Positions 1 through 9,682 of a stretch of DNA of 64,000 nucleotides are shown here, in pieces. Each line of letters opens with the position of its first letter. Within the stretch, counting starts at the first letter, position 1. The translations under genes were made by a program, and so were the position numbers. Location: contig NZ_CP135918.1 in the NCBI RefSeq assembly GCF_032393985.1, positions 4,525,724 through 4,589,723 on the forward strand. Direction: 5' to 3'. The stretch comes from Fischerella sp. JS2. Its GTDB lineage: Bacteria > Cyanobacteriota > Cyanobacteriia > Cyanobacteriales > Nostocaceae. Under the pieces are notes generated by a model, which did not search any database, had not been told where the DNA came from, and worked only from the letters and a program-made list of their open reading frames with translations.

Positions 1-163
1 TCCGATTAATTTTTGTTGTATCAATAGTGGAGGAGGAAATATTTGGGGTAGAAACAGATGACACTTGAGAGTTATGATTTCGCTTAGCTACATCCTCTCG
101 AATTTTTTGCATCAATTCTTCAACATTAATTTCAGGCTGGCTAGATTCAAACATACTTTTTCT

Positions 164-1477
164 TTATATTTCTTGAACCACTGCATAACATTTTTCTTCA
201 CCAATTTTTATGGTAGATTTTAAATCTACTATACCGTCACAGTAAACAGTGTTATTAACTTCAAAAACAACTAGTTCATCAATCCAGTCATAACTTATCC
301 CTTCTTCTGAATGTACACCCACTGTTAAAGTGTAAACACCTTTATTCAGGTAACAGGGAACTTGAAAATAAACTGTTAATTTTTGACATGCTGTCAGTTT
401 TGGTAACTTGACATTCATGAGGTAAGTATTAGTACCATATATCACTAATCCCATTAAATTTCTTAGGGAGATACCTACAACCAAATCAGAAAGTTCTCCC
501 TTAGCTTCCAAGCAAACTATAACCTGAAAAACTGACCCTGTTTCGACCTTGCTAAGTTCTTGATTATCTAAATCAGTAATTGTAACACTATTAATAATCG
601 CCAGCTGATTTCCATGTCTGTGCAAAGCCTTTCTCTGGGGTTCTTCTACGACAAAATTATCGTGGCTTTCATTTTGCCTGATTTCTTCGTTCTCTTTCTC
701 AGACACAGAAGAAGTATAATTTTCTATTTTTTCAGTACTTAATAAAGCAATATAATGATTGACTACTTCTTTGGGTTTACCTATTTCTAGAACTCTGCCA
801 TGATTCATTAACACAGCAGTTTTACACAACATTTTGACACTTGAAGAATCATGAGAAACGAATAAAAGAGTTACTCCCTGGTCTTTCATTTCTCGAATTC
901 GCTTCATGCAGCGAGCTTGAAATCTCGCATCGCCTACAGCTAAAGCTTCATCGACTATTAAAATACTTGGTTCCGTATTGGCAATAACTGCAAATGCCAA
1001 CCTGACCACCATTCCACTAGAATAGGTTTTAACTGGATGTTCTATAAAATCACCAATTTCAGCGAAAGCTGCAATGTCATCAAATTTTGCTTCTATTTGT
1101 TCTTTACTTAAACCTAAAATTTGCCCATTAAAAAATACATTTTGTCGTCCTGTAAACTCTGGATTAAAACCACTACCCAGTTCTAATAACGCGGAAACTC
1201 GTCCATTTACCCACACCTCACCTGTAGTAGGCGTGAGGGTTCCAGCAACAATTTGTAATAGCGTACTTTTACCAGAGCCATTTTGACCAATAATTCCTAC
1301 AGTTTCACCTTTAGGAATTTCCAGGTTAATATCCCGTAAAGCCCAAAACTCTTGAGCATGATTCTGACCACGTAATAAGATTTCTTTGAGTTTATCAACG
1401 GGACGAGCATAGCGCTTGTAGCACTTAGAGATATTCTTTAGTGAAATTGCAATCTCCTCACCCATATCACTACACAC
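164..1477 (-). CDS. Polysaccharide/O-antigen ABC exporter ATP-binding protein (Wzt/KpsT/TagH-like) with an extra C-terminal domain of about 200 aa
   Basis: Walker A GQNGSGKST, ABC signature LSGGM, Walker B ILIVDEAL and an H-loop are present. The C-terminal extension is typical of Wzt-type O-antigen exporters. The permease gene follows on the same strand. Confidence 0.85.
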   Translation of the reverse strand: MCSDMGEEIAISLKNISKCYKRYARPVDKLKEILLRGQNHAQEFWALRDINLEIPKGETVGIIGQNGSGKSTLLQIVAGTLTPTTGEVWVNGRVSALLELGSGFNPEFTGRQNVFFNGQILGLSKEQIEAKFDDIAAFAEIGDFIEHPVKTYSSGMVVRLAFAVIANTEPSILIVDEALAVGDARFQARCMKRIREMKDQGVTLLFVSHDSSSVKMLCKTAVLMNHGRVLEIGKPKEVVNHYIALLSTEKIENYTSSVSEKENEEIRQNESHDNFVVEEPQRKALHRHGNQLAIINSVTITDLDNQELSKVETGSVFQVIVCLEAKGELSDLVVGISLRNLMGLVIYGTNTYLMNVKLPKLTACQKLTVYFQVPCYLNKGVYTLTVGVHSEEGISYDWIDELVVFEVNNTVYCDGIVDLKSTIKIGEEKCYAVVQEI

Positions 1478-1564
1478 GCTTTCAAAAAGAACTGTGCTAA
1501 ATTCTACACATTAATGTCATCAAACAGTATAAGGTTTCTGTTTGAGTTAGTTGCACGCAGCTAT

Positions 1565-2422
1565 TTACAAAACATCAGCAAACGCTGGGCGCAATCTTTT
1601 ATAGACTAAAAAACCTATACAAAATACAATTGCAGATATTACAGTAGTGGCTCCCCATTCACCCCAATGCTTGACTTCTCCCACTAAAACTAAATCGCGG
1701 TAAACTTCAGCAATAGCTGTCATGGGATTTAACCAAAACACCCAATTTCTCCACGTTTCTGGAATTGCTGTTGCTGGATAAAGAATTGGAGTTAAATACA
1801 ACCAAATATTGAGAATTACTCCTAAAGTTTGGGGAATATCTCGCAAAAACACGGTTAACCCTGCCATGAGATAACCTAATCCTGCTGTTAACAATAATTG
1901 TGTTATCCAGATTAACGGCAACAGCGCTAAAGTTGAATGTAAAGTATGGGTAGATACAGCTACAAAAAAAATCAACGCCATTAATCCAAAGGAACTTTCA
2001 ATGAACGTTGATAAAGTTGGTACTAGTGGTAATAAAGCCAGAGGAAACACTACTTTTTTAACTAAATTTGGTTGTCCTACTACGGAATTTGCAGCCTGAA
2101 TTAATCCACTGCTAAAAGCAATCCAAGGTAGTAAACCAGCAAATAACCACAAACCAAAGGTAAAATTGTTTTCTGGAACGCCTTTAAGACTGAGTTTTAC
2201 TTTTAAAACTATCGAAAATACATAAGTGTAAATCAGTAACTGCGATAGCTGATTCAATAGAGGCCACAAATTACCTAGAATCGAACCTTTGTAGCGGGCT
2301 TCTAAATCGCGTCTTACCAACGCTCTTAATAAATCAAATTTTGCCCACCACAATTCATTGATTGGTAGCCATTTTTTCAGCTTTCCTGCTTTTCGGACAA
2401 CTCCTCGCATGGTTTGCAACAA
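1565..2422 (-). CDS. ABC-2 type polysaccharide exporter permease (Wzm/KpsM-like)
   Basis: 285 aa, six predicted TM helices, ABC-2 family pattern, co-oriented and adjacent to the ATPase gene. Confidence 0.8.
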   Translation of the reverse strand: MLQTMRGVVRKAGKLKKWLPINELWWAKFDLLRALVRRDLEARYKGSILGNLWPLLNQLSQLLIYTYVFSIVLKVKLSLKGVPENNFTFGLWLFAGLLPWIAFSSGLIQAANSVVGQPNLVKKVVFPLALLPLVPTLSTFIESSFGLMALIFFVAVSTHTLHSTLALLPLIWITQLLLTAGLGYLMAGLTVFLRDIPQTLGVILNIWLYLTPILYPATAIPETWRNWVFWLNPMTAIAEVYRDLVLVGEVKHWGEWGATTVISAIVFCIGFLVYKRLRPAFADVL

Positions 2423-2611
2423 TTTTTGTTTCCTCGCTCACTTCCTACACACCTAATTGCTTTTTTTGAAGCCGATTCGTTATGAAAGTTCCTTTGTTAT
2501 TTTATGGAAAATAGTTGCTACTCCAAAATAGCAGCAAAAATATTTAGGTGATTTTACCACAAATGGTTATAGGATTGACTCTGTTAATTTCTAGTCTTGG
2601 GTTTTGTGAGG

Positions 2612-3361
2612 CTAAGTTAATTTATCTGGTTCAATTCCCAAAGAACGCAACTGCTCAGCTAAACGTTGCGATCGCTGTCTTTCCTGCTGTAAAAGTAATT
2701 CTGCATCATTTGCCTTAGCTGTTGCCTGCTGTGCTTGTTGTTGAGCTTGCTGTGCTTGTTGTTGAGCTATAAAAGCAGCTTCTTCCGGTGTGGGAACCAA
2801 ATCACCGCCCGCAGTAAAATAGCGTAATTTGTTTTCGTGTATTCCTAAATACAAACCAAGTACTTGACTCCAACGCCATCCTTGTGCATTGGGGACAATT
2901 TCTTGATACTGATTCCCAACTAATTCCAAACCAACAAATTCCAGAGTTTCTGGTGAAAACCAAAAATATTCTGGTGTATGAAAACGGCTTTGATAAAGAT
3001 TTTTCTTCAAAGTCCGGTCAACATTAGCCGTGCTATCAGAAAGCAATTCAATAATCAAATCTGGGTAGCGACCATCTTCTTCCCAAACTACCCAAGAATT
3101 ACGAGGTCGCTTTTCTGTATCCTTGACTAAAAAAAAGTCTGGGCCTCGAAAATCACGATTTCGCAATTGCTGCCGACTAAAATAAATCGTCAGATTCGCA
3201 CCAATAAAAAAATCATTTTGCTCTCGCCACAGCCACTCTAAAGATGTTACCAATAACAACAACTGAAGATAATGCAAAGAACTTTCCATTTCTGGTTCAT
3301 CACTTAATAATCGAGTAGCATCAGGCATTTGTTGTTCCAACTGTTGCGCTGCATTTGACAT
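2612..3361 (-). CDS. Uma2 (DUF820) family putative restriction-endonuclease-like protein
   Basis: Characteristic Uma2 motifs PDLIIELLSDST...D...K...Y...PEYFWFSP. The C-terminal QQAQQ low-complexity tail is common in cyanobacterial Uma2 proteins. Confidence 0.7.
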   Translation of the reverse strand: MSNAAQQLEQQMPDATRLLSDEPEMESSLHYLQLLLLVTSLEWLWREQNDFFIGANLTIYFSRQQLRNRDFRGPDFFLVKDTEKRPRNSWVVWEEDGRYPDLIIELLSDSTANVDRTLKKNLYQSRFHTPEYFWFSPETLEFVGLELVGNQYQEIVPNAQGWRWSQVLGLYLGIHENKLRYFTAGGDLVPTPEEAAFIAQQQAQQAQQQAQQATAKANDAELLLQQERQRSQRLAEQLRSLGIEPDKLT

Positions 3362-3577
3362 CGATCTATACCTACTTACTAGTTGATTTAATTTTAGTCA
3401 TTTGTCATTGGTTAGTAGTTAGTAGTTAGTAGTTTTTACTCCTCACACTCCACCCTACGGGAAGCCACTTGCGTGTCTACACACTCCCCCCACCACCTCA
3501 TCTCCCCACCTCCCCACCTCCCACTGGACACCGGATTCCGGTACACTGAGTCTTGGTTTATTGCATTGTGAGTTGGC

Positions 3578-3772
3578 ATGGAAATCGGACAAAAAGTAAA
3601 GGTTCTTCGTTTGCGCGATCGCGTACCTGCTCCTATTGTTAAAAGACTAGGACAAATCGGTACTATCGAAGGTTACAAAATGACCGATGGTAGCGGTGTT
3701 GGCATCGTAGTCAAATTTGATGATAATTTTGCCACTTGGTTTTTTGAAGATGAACTCAAACTAGTGCAGTAA
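3578..3772 (+). CDS. Small conserved hypothetical protein (64 aa, SH3/KOW-like beta fold predicted)
   Basis: Clean ORF with a plausible start after an intergenic repeat region. The composition looks protein-like. No confident family assignment. Confidence 0.45.
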   Translation: MEIGQKVKVLRLRDRVPAPIVKRLGQIGTIEGYKMTDGSGVGIVVKFDDNFATWFFEDELKLVQ

Positions 3773-4014
3773 TACTAATTCAAAAAATATTTAAGGGCAG
3801 ATAACCCCACCCGCCTAACGGCACCCTCCCCGATCTCGGAGAGGGTTGGGGAGGGGTTCTCATAATTATTCATGTGTTGCATTCTTTTTTCAAATCGATA
3901 TGAGCGATCAGCGGGGTGTCCTCTAAGTGCTGAACTTGAGAAGGAAGCTACTCAAATCAGCCGAGTGCTAAGTTGGAGTTGAAAAAATCGGCGGTAAAAA
4001 ATAGGAATCAAGTA

Positions 4015-5115
4015 ATGGCCCTGATATTGACATTTTTGGGCAAAAGCGGTAGTGCTAGGACAAAAGTAGCGATCGCCGCAGCCAAACAATTGGCAAGCCA
4101 AGGAAAGCGTGTACTTTTAGCTGGGAGTGCAGAACCAGCTTTGCAAATTTTGTTGGGTGTTCCTATTAGTTTTGACCCCCAAGAAATTGCTGCTAATTTG
4201 CACGTCGTTCAGTTTCAGACTTCTGTACTACTAGAACGTAGTTGGGAGGATGTGAAAAAACTGGAAGCACAATATCTCAAAACGCCCATTCTCAAAGAGG
4301 TATACGGTCAAGAACTATCGGTCTTACCGGGGATGGACAGCGCCCTTGTCCTCAACGCCATCCGCGAGTACTACGAAAGCGGTAAATATGACGCGATCGT
4401 CTACGATGGCAATGGCGACACCTCGACTTTGCGAATGTTCGGGATGCCAGAATCTCTTAGTTGGTACGTGCGGCGATTCCGGCAATTGTTTGTCAATTCC
4501 GATCTCGGTAAAGCAATTTCCGAATCGCCCTTGATTCAACCGCTAATTAGCACTTTTTTCAATATCAACTGGACATCGGATAACTTTGCCCAACCTACTA
4601 ACCAAGTTAACAACTTTTTAGACAAGGGTAGAGCCGCCCTCGCTGATCCCAAACAAGTTGCTGCTTTCTTGGTAACAAGCGATGATCCTGTTGAAATTGC
4701 TTCTGCGCGCTATCTTTGGGGTAGCGCTCAACAAGTTGGTCTAACCGTGGGTGGTATTATTATTGTATCTAATGATACAGGTGTCCAAATTTCTGAGCAA
4801 TTTACTCCTCTAAATGTGAGTATGGTTCCAGATGTCAAAACAGAGGACTGGCAAGCCCTCACTGATGCCCTACCCAACTTTGTAGAACAAGCGATACAAG
4901 CTCCCAAACCAATTGAAATTAACATCCAAGAACACAAAGTAAGCTTATTTTTGCCTGGATTTGACAAAAAACAGGTCAAACTTACTCAATACGGCCCAGA
5001 AGTTACTATTGAAGCTGGAGACCAAAGACGGAATATTTTCCTACCTCCCGCCTTGAGTGGCAGGCCTGTTACTGGCGCTAAATTCCAAAATAATTATTTG
5101 ATAATCTCGTTTTAG
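4015..5115 (+). CDS. ArsA/GET3-family anion-transporting ATPase-like protein with a deviant P-loop and a C-terminal HSP20-like domain
   Basis: The N-terminus MALILTFLGKSG...VAIA...G.RVLL is typical of ArsA family proteins, but the P-loop reads GKSGSARTK instead of GKGGVGKTT. The ATG at 4015 is preferred over the TTG at 3973 given in the track. Confidence 0.7.
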   Translation: MALILTFLGKSGSARTKVAIAAAKQLASQGKRVLLAGSAEPALQILLGVPISFDPQEIAANLHVVQFQTSVLLERSWEDVKKLEAQYLKTPILKEVYGQELSVLPGMDSALVLNAIREYYESGKYDAIVYDGNGDTSTLRMFGMPESLSWYVRRFRQLFVNSDLGKAISESPLIQPLISTFFNINWTSDNFAQPTNQVNNFLDKGRAALADPKQVAAFLVTSDDPVEIASARYLWGSAQQVGLTVGGIIIVSNDTGVQISEQFTPLNVSMVPDVKTEDWQALTDALPNFVEQAIQAPKPIEINIQEHKVSLFLPGFDKKQVKLTQYGPEVTIEAGDQRRNIFLPPALSGRPVTGAKFQNNYLIISF

Positions 5116-5271
5116 GGAAGAGGTAATCGGTAATCGGTAATGGGTAATAGGAAAACTACCAAATTACCCTTCGGGTTCGCTACTTTGCCATCTCGGCATA
5201 AGCCAAGACGGCAAGTAGTCTCACCAATTACCAATTACAAATTATCAATTACCAATTTACAAGTACAGCCT

Positions 5272-6288
5272 ATGTCTGATTCAACCCCCATTACCCCTGA
5301 TTCCAGCGCACCCACAGACCAAGCAAATGGTACTGTTGACCGCAGTGCTAAAACCAGGCAACTGTTGGGTATGAAAGGTGCTGCACCTGGAGAAAGTTCG
5401 ATTTGGAAAATCCGCCTACAACTGATGAAGCCAATCACTTGGATTCCTCTAATGTGGGGTGTAATCTGCGGTGCGGCTTCTTCTGGTGAATTTACTTGGA
5501 CGCTAGAAAATGTCCTGAAGGCAGCAGTTTGTATGGTGCTATCAGGGCCATTGATGGCAGGTTATGTGCAAATCATGAACGATTACTACGATCGCGAAAT
5601 TGATGCTATCAACGAACCTTACCGCCCAATTCCCTCTGGAGCAATTTCCATACCCCAGGTAATTACGCAAATTTGGGTATTACTTATTGCTGGTATAGCT
5701 GTTGCCTTTGCCCTCGATAAATGGGCTGGTAATGAATTTCCCACAATTACAATGATCGCGATCATCGGTTCATTTGTCGGCTACATCTATTCTGCCCCAC
5801 CCTTGAAGTTGAAGCAAAATGGTTGGTTAGGTAGCTATGCCTTGGGTGCAAGTTATATTACTTTCCCCTGGTGTACTGGTCATGCTTTATTTGGGGAACT
5901 CAACTGGAAAATAGTTGTTCTTACCCTAATTTACAGTTTGGCTGGGTTGGGCATTGGTATCATCAATGACTTCAAGAGTGTCGAAGGTGATCGCAAACTC
6001 GGATTAAAATCACTGCCTGTAATGTTTGGTGTCACGACAGCAGCCTGGATTTGTGTGATCATGATTGATGTCTTTCAAGGTGCGATCGCTGGTTATTTAG
6101 TTTACATCCACGAAAATTTGTACGCTGCGATTCTGGCATTACTCATCATCCCACAAATTACCTTGCAAGATATGTATTTTCTGCGTGACCCCCTGACTAA
6201 TGATGTCAAATATCAAGCCAGCGCCCAACCTTTCCTGGTCTTGGGAATGCTTGTGGCTGGTTTAGCAATTGGTCATGCTGGTATCTAG
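5272..6288 (+). CDS. chlG: Chlorophyll a synthase (UbiA prenyltransferase family)
   Basis: RQLLGMKGA...IWKIRLQLMKPITWIPL.WGV.CGAASSG is the recognised ChlG N-terminus. UbiA motifs NDYYDREID and DxxxD are present. The track ORF start at 5140 is an upstream extension through heptamer repeats; the ATG at 5272 fits ChlG homologs. Confidence 0.9.
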   Translation: MSDSTPITPDSSAPTDQANGTVDRSAKTRQLLGMKGAAPGESSIWKIRLQLMKPITWIPLMWGVICGAASSGEFTWTLENVLKAAVCMVLSGPLMAGYVQIMNDYYDREIDAINEPYRPIPSGAISIPQVITQIWVLLIAGIAVAFALDKWAGNEFPTITMIAIIGSFVGYIYSAPPLKLKQNGWLGSYALGASYITFPWCTGHALFGELNWKIVVLTLIYSLAGLGIGIINDFKSVEGDRKLGLKSLPVMFGVTTAAWICVIMIDVFQGAIAGYLVYIHENLYAAILALLIIPQITLQDMYFLRDPLTNDVKYQASAQPFLVLGMLVAGLAIGHAGI

Positions 6289-6453
6289 TGAACACTCAAC
6301 AGTCAACAGTTATCAAAAACTGATAACTGATAACTGGTAACTGATAACTGATATCTCTTTAGTCAGAAGTCATGAGTGAGGAATGAAGAGTTAATATAAC
6401 TATAACTTCTCATTTCTCACTCACATTTTTTGTAGATCTTCGCAATCATTGCC

Positions 6454-6741
6454 GTGTTGCAAATAATACATTTTCTTTTTCTTGCAATTCAAAAGCTGCT
6501 TGTACCTATTTGTTTTGTCAGCGCTTGGATATTGGTTACTATAGTTGTTTGGAGTCTGTGGGCTGCAACCCGTGATGGCGTCAAAACAGCCCAAAAAATG
6601 CACCAAATTCCCTGCGCCAGTTGTCAGTATTTCACCGATGATCATCGTCTCAAATGCACAGTCCATCCTTCCATTGCTAACACGGAAGAGGCCATACAAT
6701 GCATAGATTACCAACCAAAAACGAATTCAATGTTTTATTAG
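6454..6741 (+). CDS. Hypothetical small membrane protein with four Cys (CxxC...C...C)
   Basis: N-terminal TM helix followed by PCASCQYFTDDHRLKCTVHP. The true start could also be the internal Met at 6598. Confidence 0.35.
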   Translation: MLQIIHFLFLAIQKLLVPICFVSAWILVTIVVWSLWAATRDGVKTAQKMHQIPCASCQYFTDDHRLKCTVHPSIANTEEAIQCIDYQPKTNSMFY

Positions 6742-6879
6742 TTGTTTGTTGTTTGTTAGTGGTTAGTGGTTAGTGGTCATTTGTCATTTGTTACTATTTA
6801 TTCTCCCCACTGCCCCTAATCCCCTCCAGAGGACCGGGGAGTTCCCCATTGCCCCTAATCCCCACCTCCCTATCACCCA

Positions 6880-7839
6880 CTAACAATTCTCCGTTTCCAA
6901 TAGTACCTTTAACACACCTTTTGTTTGGGCATGTCTAAAAGCTGCTATTGCTTCTGCAAGTGGGTAACAGGCTTGAATCAGGGGTTGTACGTCCACTTTC
7001 TCTTGTGCAAGTAGGTCGAGTGCAGGTGCAAACGGCCCACAACGTGAACCAATCAGAGTAATTTCATCGACGACCAAAGAGGAAGCATCTAGACTGAGAT
7101 TGCCAGCATAGGTGCTTTTTAGTACTAGCGTACCACGGGGACGTAAAGCACGGCGAGCGATCACAAATCCTTCTGCATTGCCTGTACACTCTACGGACAT
7201 ATCAAAAGTCCTGTCTGTCACTGCATCCGCGAAGCCTGTTTTGATACCTCGTGCTTCTAAGTTAGCTAGCTTATCACGATGGCGTCCCACCACCAAGAGG
7301 TCACAACCTGTCAAAGCGAGAGTTTGGGCTACTAATTGTCCTAGCTTACCATCCCCAACTACTAACACTTTATCATTTGGATGCAATGCTATCTGCTGCT
7401 GAATCTCCAATGCCGCAGCTACAGGTTCAGTAAATGTCGCTACTGCTGTGGGGACACTCTCTGGTACAAGATGCAGATTTTCTACAGGTAAACACAGATA
7501 CTCAGCAAAAGCACCATTGCGGTTCACAATACCAAGCACAGTTCGGTTTTCGCAATGAGTCGAGTTACCGCTACGACAAAAGCGACACTTACCGCATACA
7601 GCGTTAATTTCGCCAACTACACGGCGATTGACTAAATTTTCTGGGCCTTGTTCCACAACACCGACGAATTCATGACCTAAAATGCCAGTGTAAGGGTAAT
7701 ATCCTCTGGTCAGTTCTAAATCAGTGTTACAAATACCAGCACATAAAACCCGTACCAATGCTTCCCCTGGTGGCGGTTCGGGAATGGGGATATCAGTACG
7801 TAATTGGAGTTGCTTGTTTTCTAGCCACAGTCCTTTCAT
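6880..7839 (-). CDS. Zinc-dependent alcohol dehydrogenase (MDR superfamily)
   Basis: Catalytic zinc ligands (GICNTDLE ... GHEFVG), the structural-zinc Cys cluster CGKCRFCRSGNSTHC and the NAD Rossmann motif VVGDGKLG are all present. The start was moved to the internal MKGLW codon; the track N-terminus overlaps the divergent neighbouring gene. Confidence 0.85.
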   Translation of the reverse strand: MKGLWLENKQLQLRTDIPIPEPPPGEALVRVLCAGICNTDLELTRGYYPYTGILGHEFVGVVEQGPENLVNRRVVGEINAVCGKCRFCRSGNSTHCENRTVLGIVNRNGAFAEYLCLPVENLHLVPESVPTAVATFTEPVAAALEIQQQIALHPNDKVLVVGDGKLGQLVAQTLALTGCDLLVVGRHRDKLANLEARGIKTGFADAVTDRTFDMSVECTGNAEGFVIARRALRPRGTLVLKSTYAGNLSLDASSLVVDEITLIGSRCGPFAPALDLLAQEKVDVQPLIQACYPLAEAIAAFRHAQTKGVLKVLLETENC

Positions 7840-7876
7840 ATTAATAGCTGAACCTATCCAGCGTTGTGTAAAGAAA

Positions 7877-8899
7877 ATGACACTATTTATGCAAACCAAG
7901 TTACTGGCATACGCAAGAATCTTAGCAAATGAACAGCAAAGCTTCCAAAACAAAAAACTATTTTTTTACCTTTTAACTTTTACTTTTTACTTTTTACTCT
8001 CGACCTTACCTGCTTGCGCTGAAACTGTCAAAAGTCCCTGTCCTCCCAAGTTAGTCATGGCTGCATCGTCCAGCAATATCGATACAATCTTTCCAGATTG
8101 GGATAAAAGTTGTGGCAAACCAGAGAATTTTATTTATAGTCGTCAACAAATGTTCGCGGAATTAGCAAAAGCAGATGTGGTGTATCTTGGAGAAACTCAC
8201 GACAGTTCTGTGGATCATCAAAATCAACTACAAATTATTCAGGAACTCCAGCAGCGTCATCCGAAAATTGCCATTGCGATGGAGATGTTTCAGCGTCCTT
8301 ATCAAGGTGCTGTTGATCAATATCTCGCGGGTAAACTCACGGAACAAGAACTGATAGAGAAAAGTGAGTACGAAAAACGCTGGGGTTTCCCTTGGGAAGA
8401 TTACGCGCCGATTCTCCGCTTTGCCAAAGAGAAACAACTACCTGTTTTAGCTTTAAACACCCCGACAGAAATTACACGCAAAGTTGCAAGTCAAGGATTA
8501 GAAAGTCTTACAGTATCCGAAAGGCAATTTATTCCGCCTTTTTCGGAAATTCACACTGATAACGAAAAGTATAAACAATTATCACTACAAGCTTTTCAAC
8601 AGCATCAAAATGCTGGACACGGTAATAGTTCTGGTGCTGAACGCTTTTTTTTGGCGCAAGTATTATGGGATGAAACAATGGCAGAAGGAATTGCTAAGTT
8701 TGTCAAAGCCAATCCAGATTATCGATTGGTAGTGTTGGCTGGACAAGGACATATTGTCTATGGTTACGGAATTCCTAGCCGCGTTGCACGTCGTCTTAGA
8801 GGTAAGAAGTTGATGCAGCTATCTGTTCTGCTGAGTCCTCCCCAAGAAACTATAACAAGTAAAGATGAGGTGGCGATCGCTGATTTTATTTTTAAATAA
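7877..8899 (+). CDS. ChaN-family (Tiki/TraB/GumN superfamily) iron-regulated, heme-binding-like secreted protein
   Basis: VVYLGETHD...IAIAMEMF...VDQYL motifs of ChaN/PF04187. A signal-peptide-like N-terminus (LLSTLPACA) is present. The start was chosen at the MTLFMQ codon to avoid overlap with the ADH gene. Confidence 0.6.
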   Translation: MTLFMQTKLLAYARILANEQQSFQNKKLFFYLLTFTFYFLLSTLPACAETVKSPCPPKLVMAASSSNIDTIFPDWDKSCGKPENFIYSRQQMFAELAKADVVYLGETHDSSVDHQNQLQIIQELQQRHPKIAIAMEMFQRPYQGAVDQYLAGKLTEQELIEKSEYEKRWGFPWEDYAPILRFAKEKQLPVLALNTPTEITRKVASQGLESLTVSERQFIPPFSEIHTDNEKYKQLSLQAFQQHQNAGHGNSSGAERFFLAQVLWDETMAEGIAKFVKANPDYRLVVLAGQGHIVYGYGIPSRVARRLRGKKLMQLSVLLSPPQETITSKDEVAIADFIFK

Positions 8900-9442
8900 T
8901 AGATTTAAGTAAGGTTTTGCGTATAAGTTTGGTTTTTTTAACGCAGAGGCGTGCGGAGGGTACGCAGAGGTACGCAGAGTTTTCTAATAATTTGTGATGG
9001 TTCCTTCTGCCATCTGCCTCTTCTACAGACAGTAGTTATTTCGTTACTTCAGCGTTATCTCTGGTGCGAAGAAGGCTGAGTGTGGATGAGATTAACAGTA
9101 TCCAAAAACCACATCAGGTTACGAAAACCTATCTGGGTGGCAGCGATTGACACAATCACGACTAAGACTATAGTCCAGGGATTGTTTTGCGACATCATTT
9201 TTTCTTAAGGTTGTTGTCCAAAAAATGTTTGTGTTTCGTCCGGAATGCTGAACATTGACTTTGTAGCTTACAATAACACCACTCGATGGTGATTATGAAT
9301 TAAATCTCCTAATTTTAAAGTGCTATACGTAAGTCTCACCACACTGCTACAACAGTGTGGTTTTATATTACGGTTTTTCATTCGCTTTCAATCTGACCAA
9401 ATCATACGCCAGTTTAACTTTCATCAAATTAGGGCGAATCAC

Positions 9443-9682
9443 CTACAGTTGATTTTCATATTCTTCTGATGTGTCTATTTCAGGTTCTTTATTATCTAAT
9501 AGACTACTCCAATCGACTCCTTCTATTTCTATGGAGTCCTCATATCCATTAGCTTTAAGAATTTCTTTAATCAATTCTTCAACTGGAATTTTACGAATAG
9601 CAGCTTCTTGAATTAAATCTTTGCATACCTCATTCCAGTTGTCTGCACTTGACACCCGATCAATCAAGATTGCTTCTGCCAT
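9443..9682 (-). CDS. Hypothetical small acidic protein (79 aa) immediately downstream of the CRISPR array
   Basis: Clean ORF with an AT-rich promoter-like upstream region (9683-9920) and a strongly acidic C-terminus (EPEIDTSEEYENQL). Same strand as the inferred crRNA transcription direction. Confidence 0.45.
   Translation of the reverse strand: MAEAILIDRVSSADNWNEVCKDLIQEAAIRKIPVEELIKEILKANGYEDSIEIEGVDWSSLLDNKEPEIDTSEEYENQL

Noticed and set aside
1074-1286. 70-aa ORF antisense within the ABC ATPase gene
   Set aside because: It is fully embedded in a well-supported gene on the opposite strand. The same reasoning applies to 4324-4539, 4346-4534, 4728-4979, 7112-7402, 8228-8437, 13906-14403, 14827-15042, 16695-17183, 17489-17701, 18451-18687, 19034-19408, 20572-21153, 28839-29202, 31234-31434, 32304-32633, 37501-38558, 40042-40779, 46481-46781, 48754-50248, 53952-54257 and 62142-62706.
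3440-3460. ACTCCTCACAC, identical to the conserved Yfr1 sRNA motif
   Set aside because: It lies inside a copy of the ~60-nt dispersed repeat, and the two flanking stem-loops expected for Yfr1 are not evident.
5140-5271. N-terminal 44-aa extension of the chlG ORF
   Set aside because: It runs through the heptamer-repeat element. ChlG homologs start at the downstream Met (MSDSTPI...).
7724-7876. Upstream extension of the ChaN-like ORF overlapping the ADH gene on the opposite strand
   Set aside because: A 230-bp antisense overlap is unlikely. The internal Met at 7877 gives a signal-peptide-like N-terminus.
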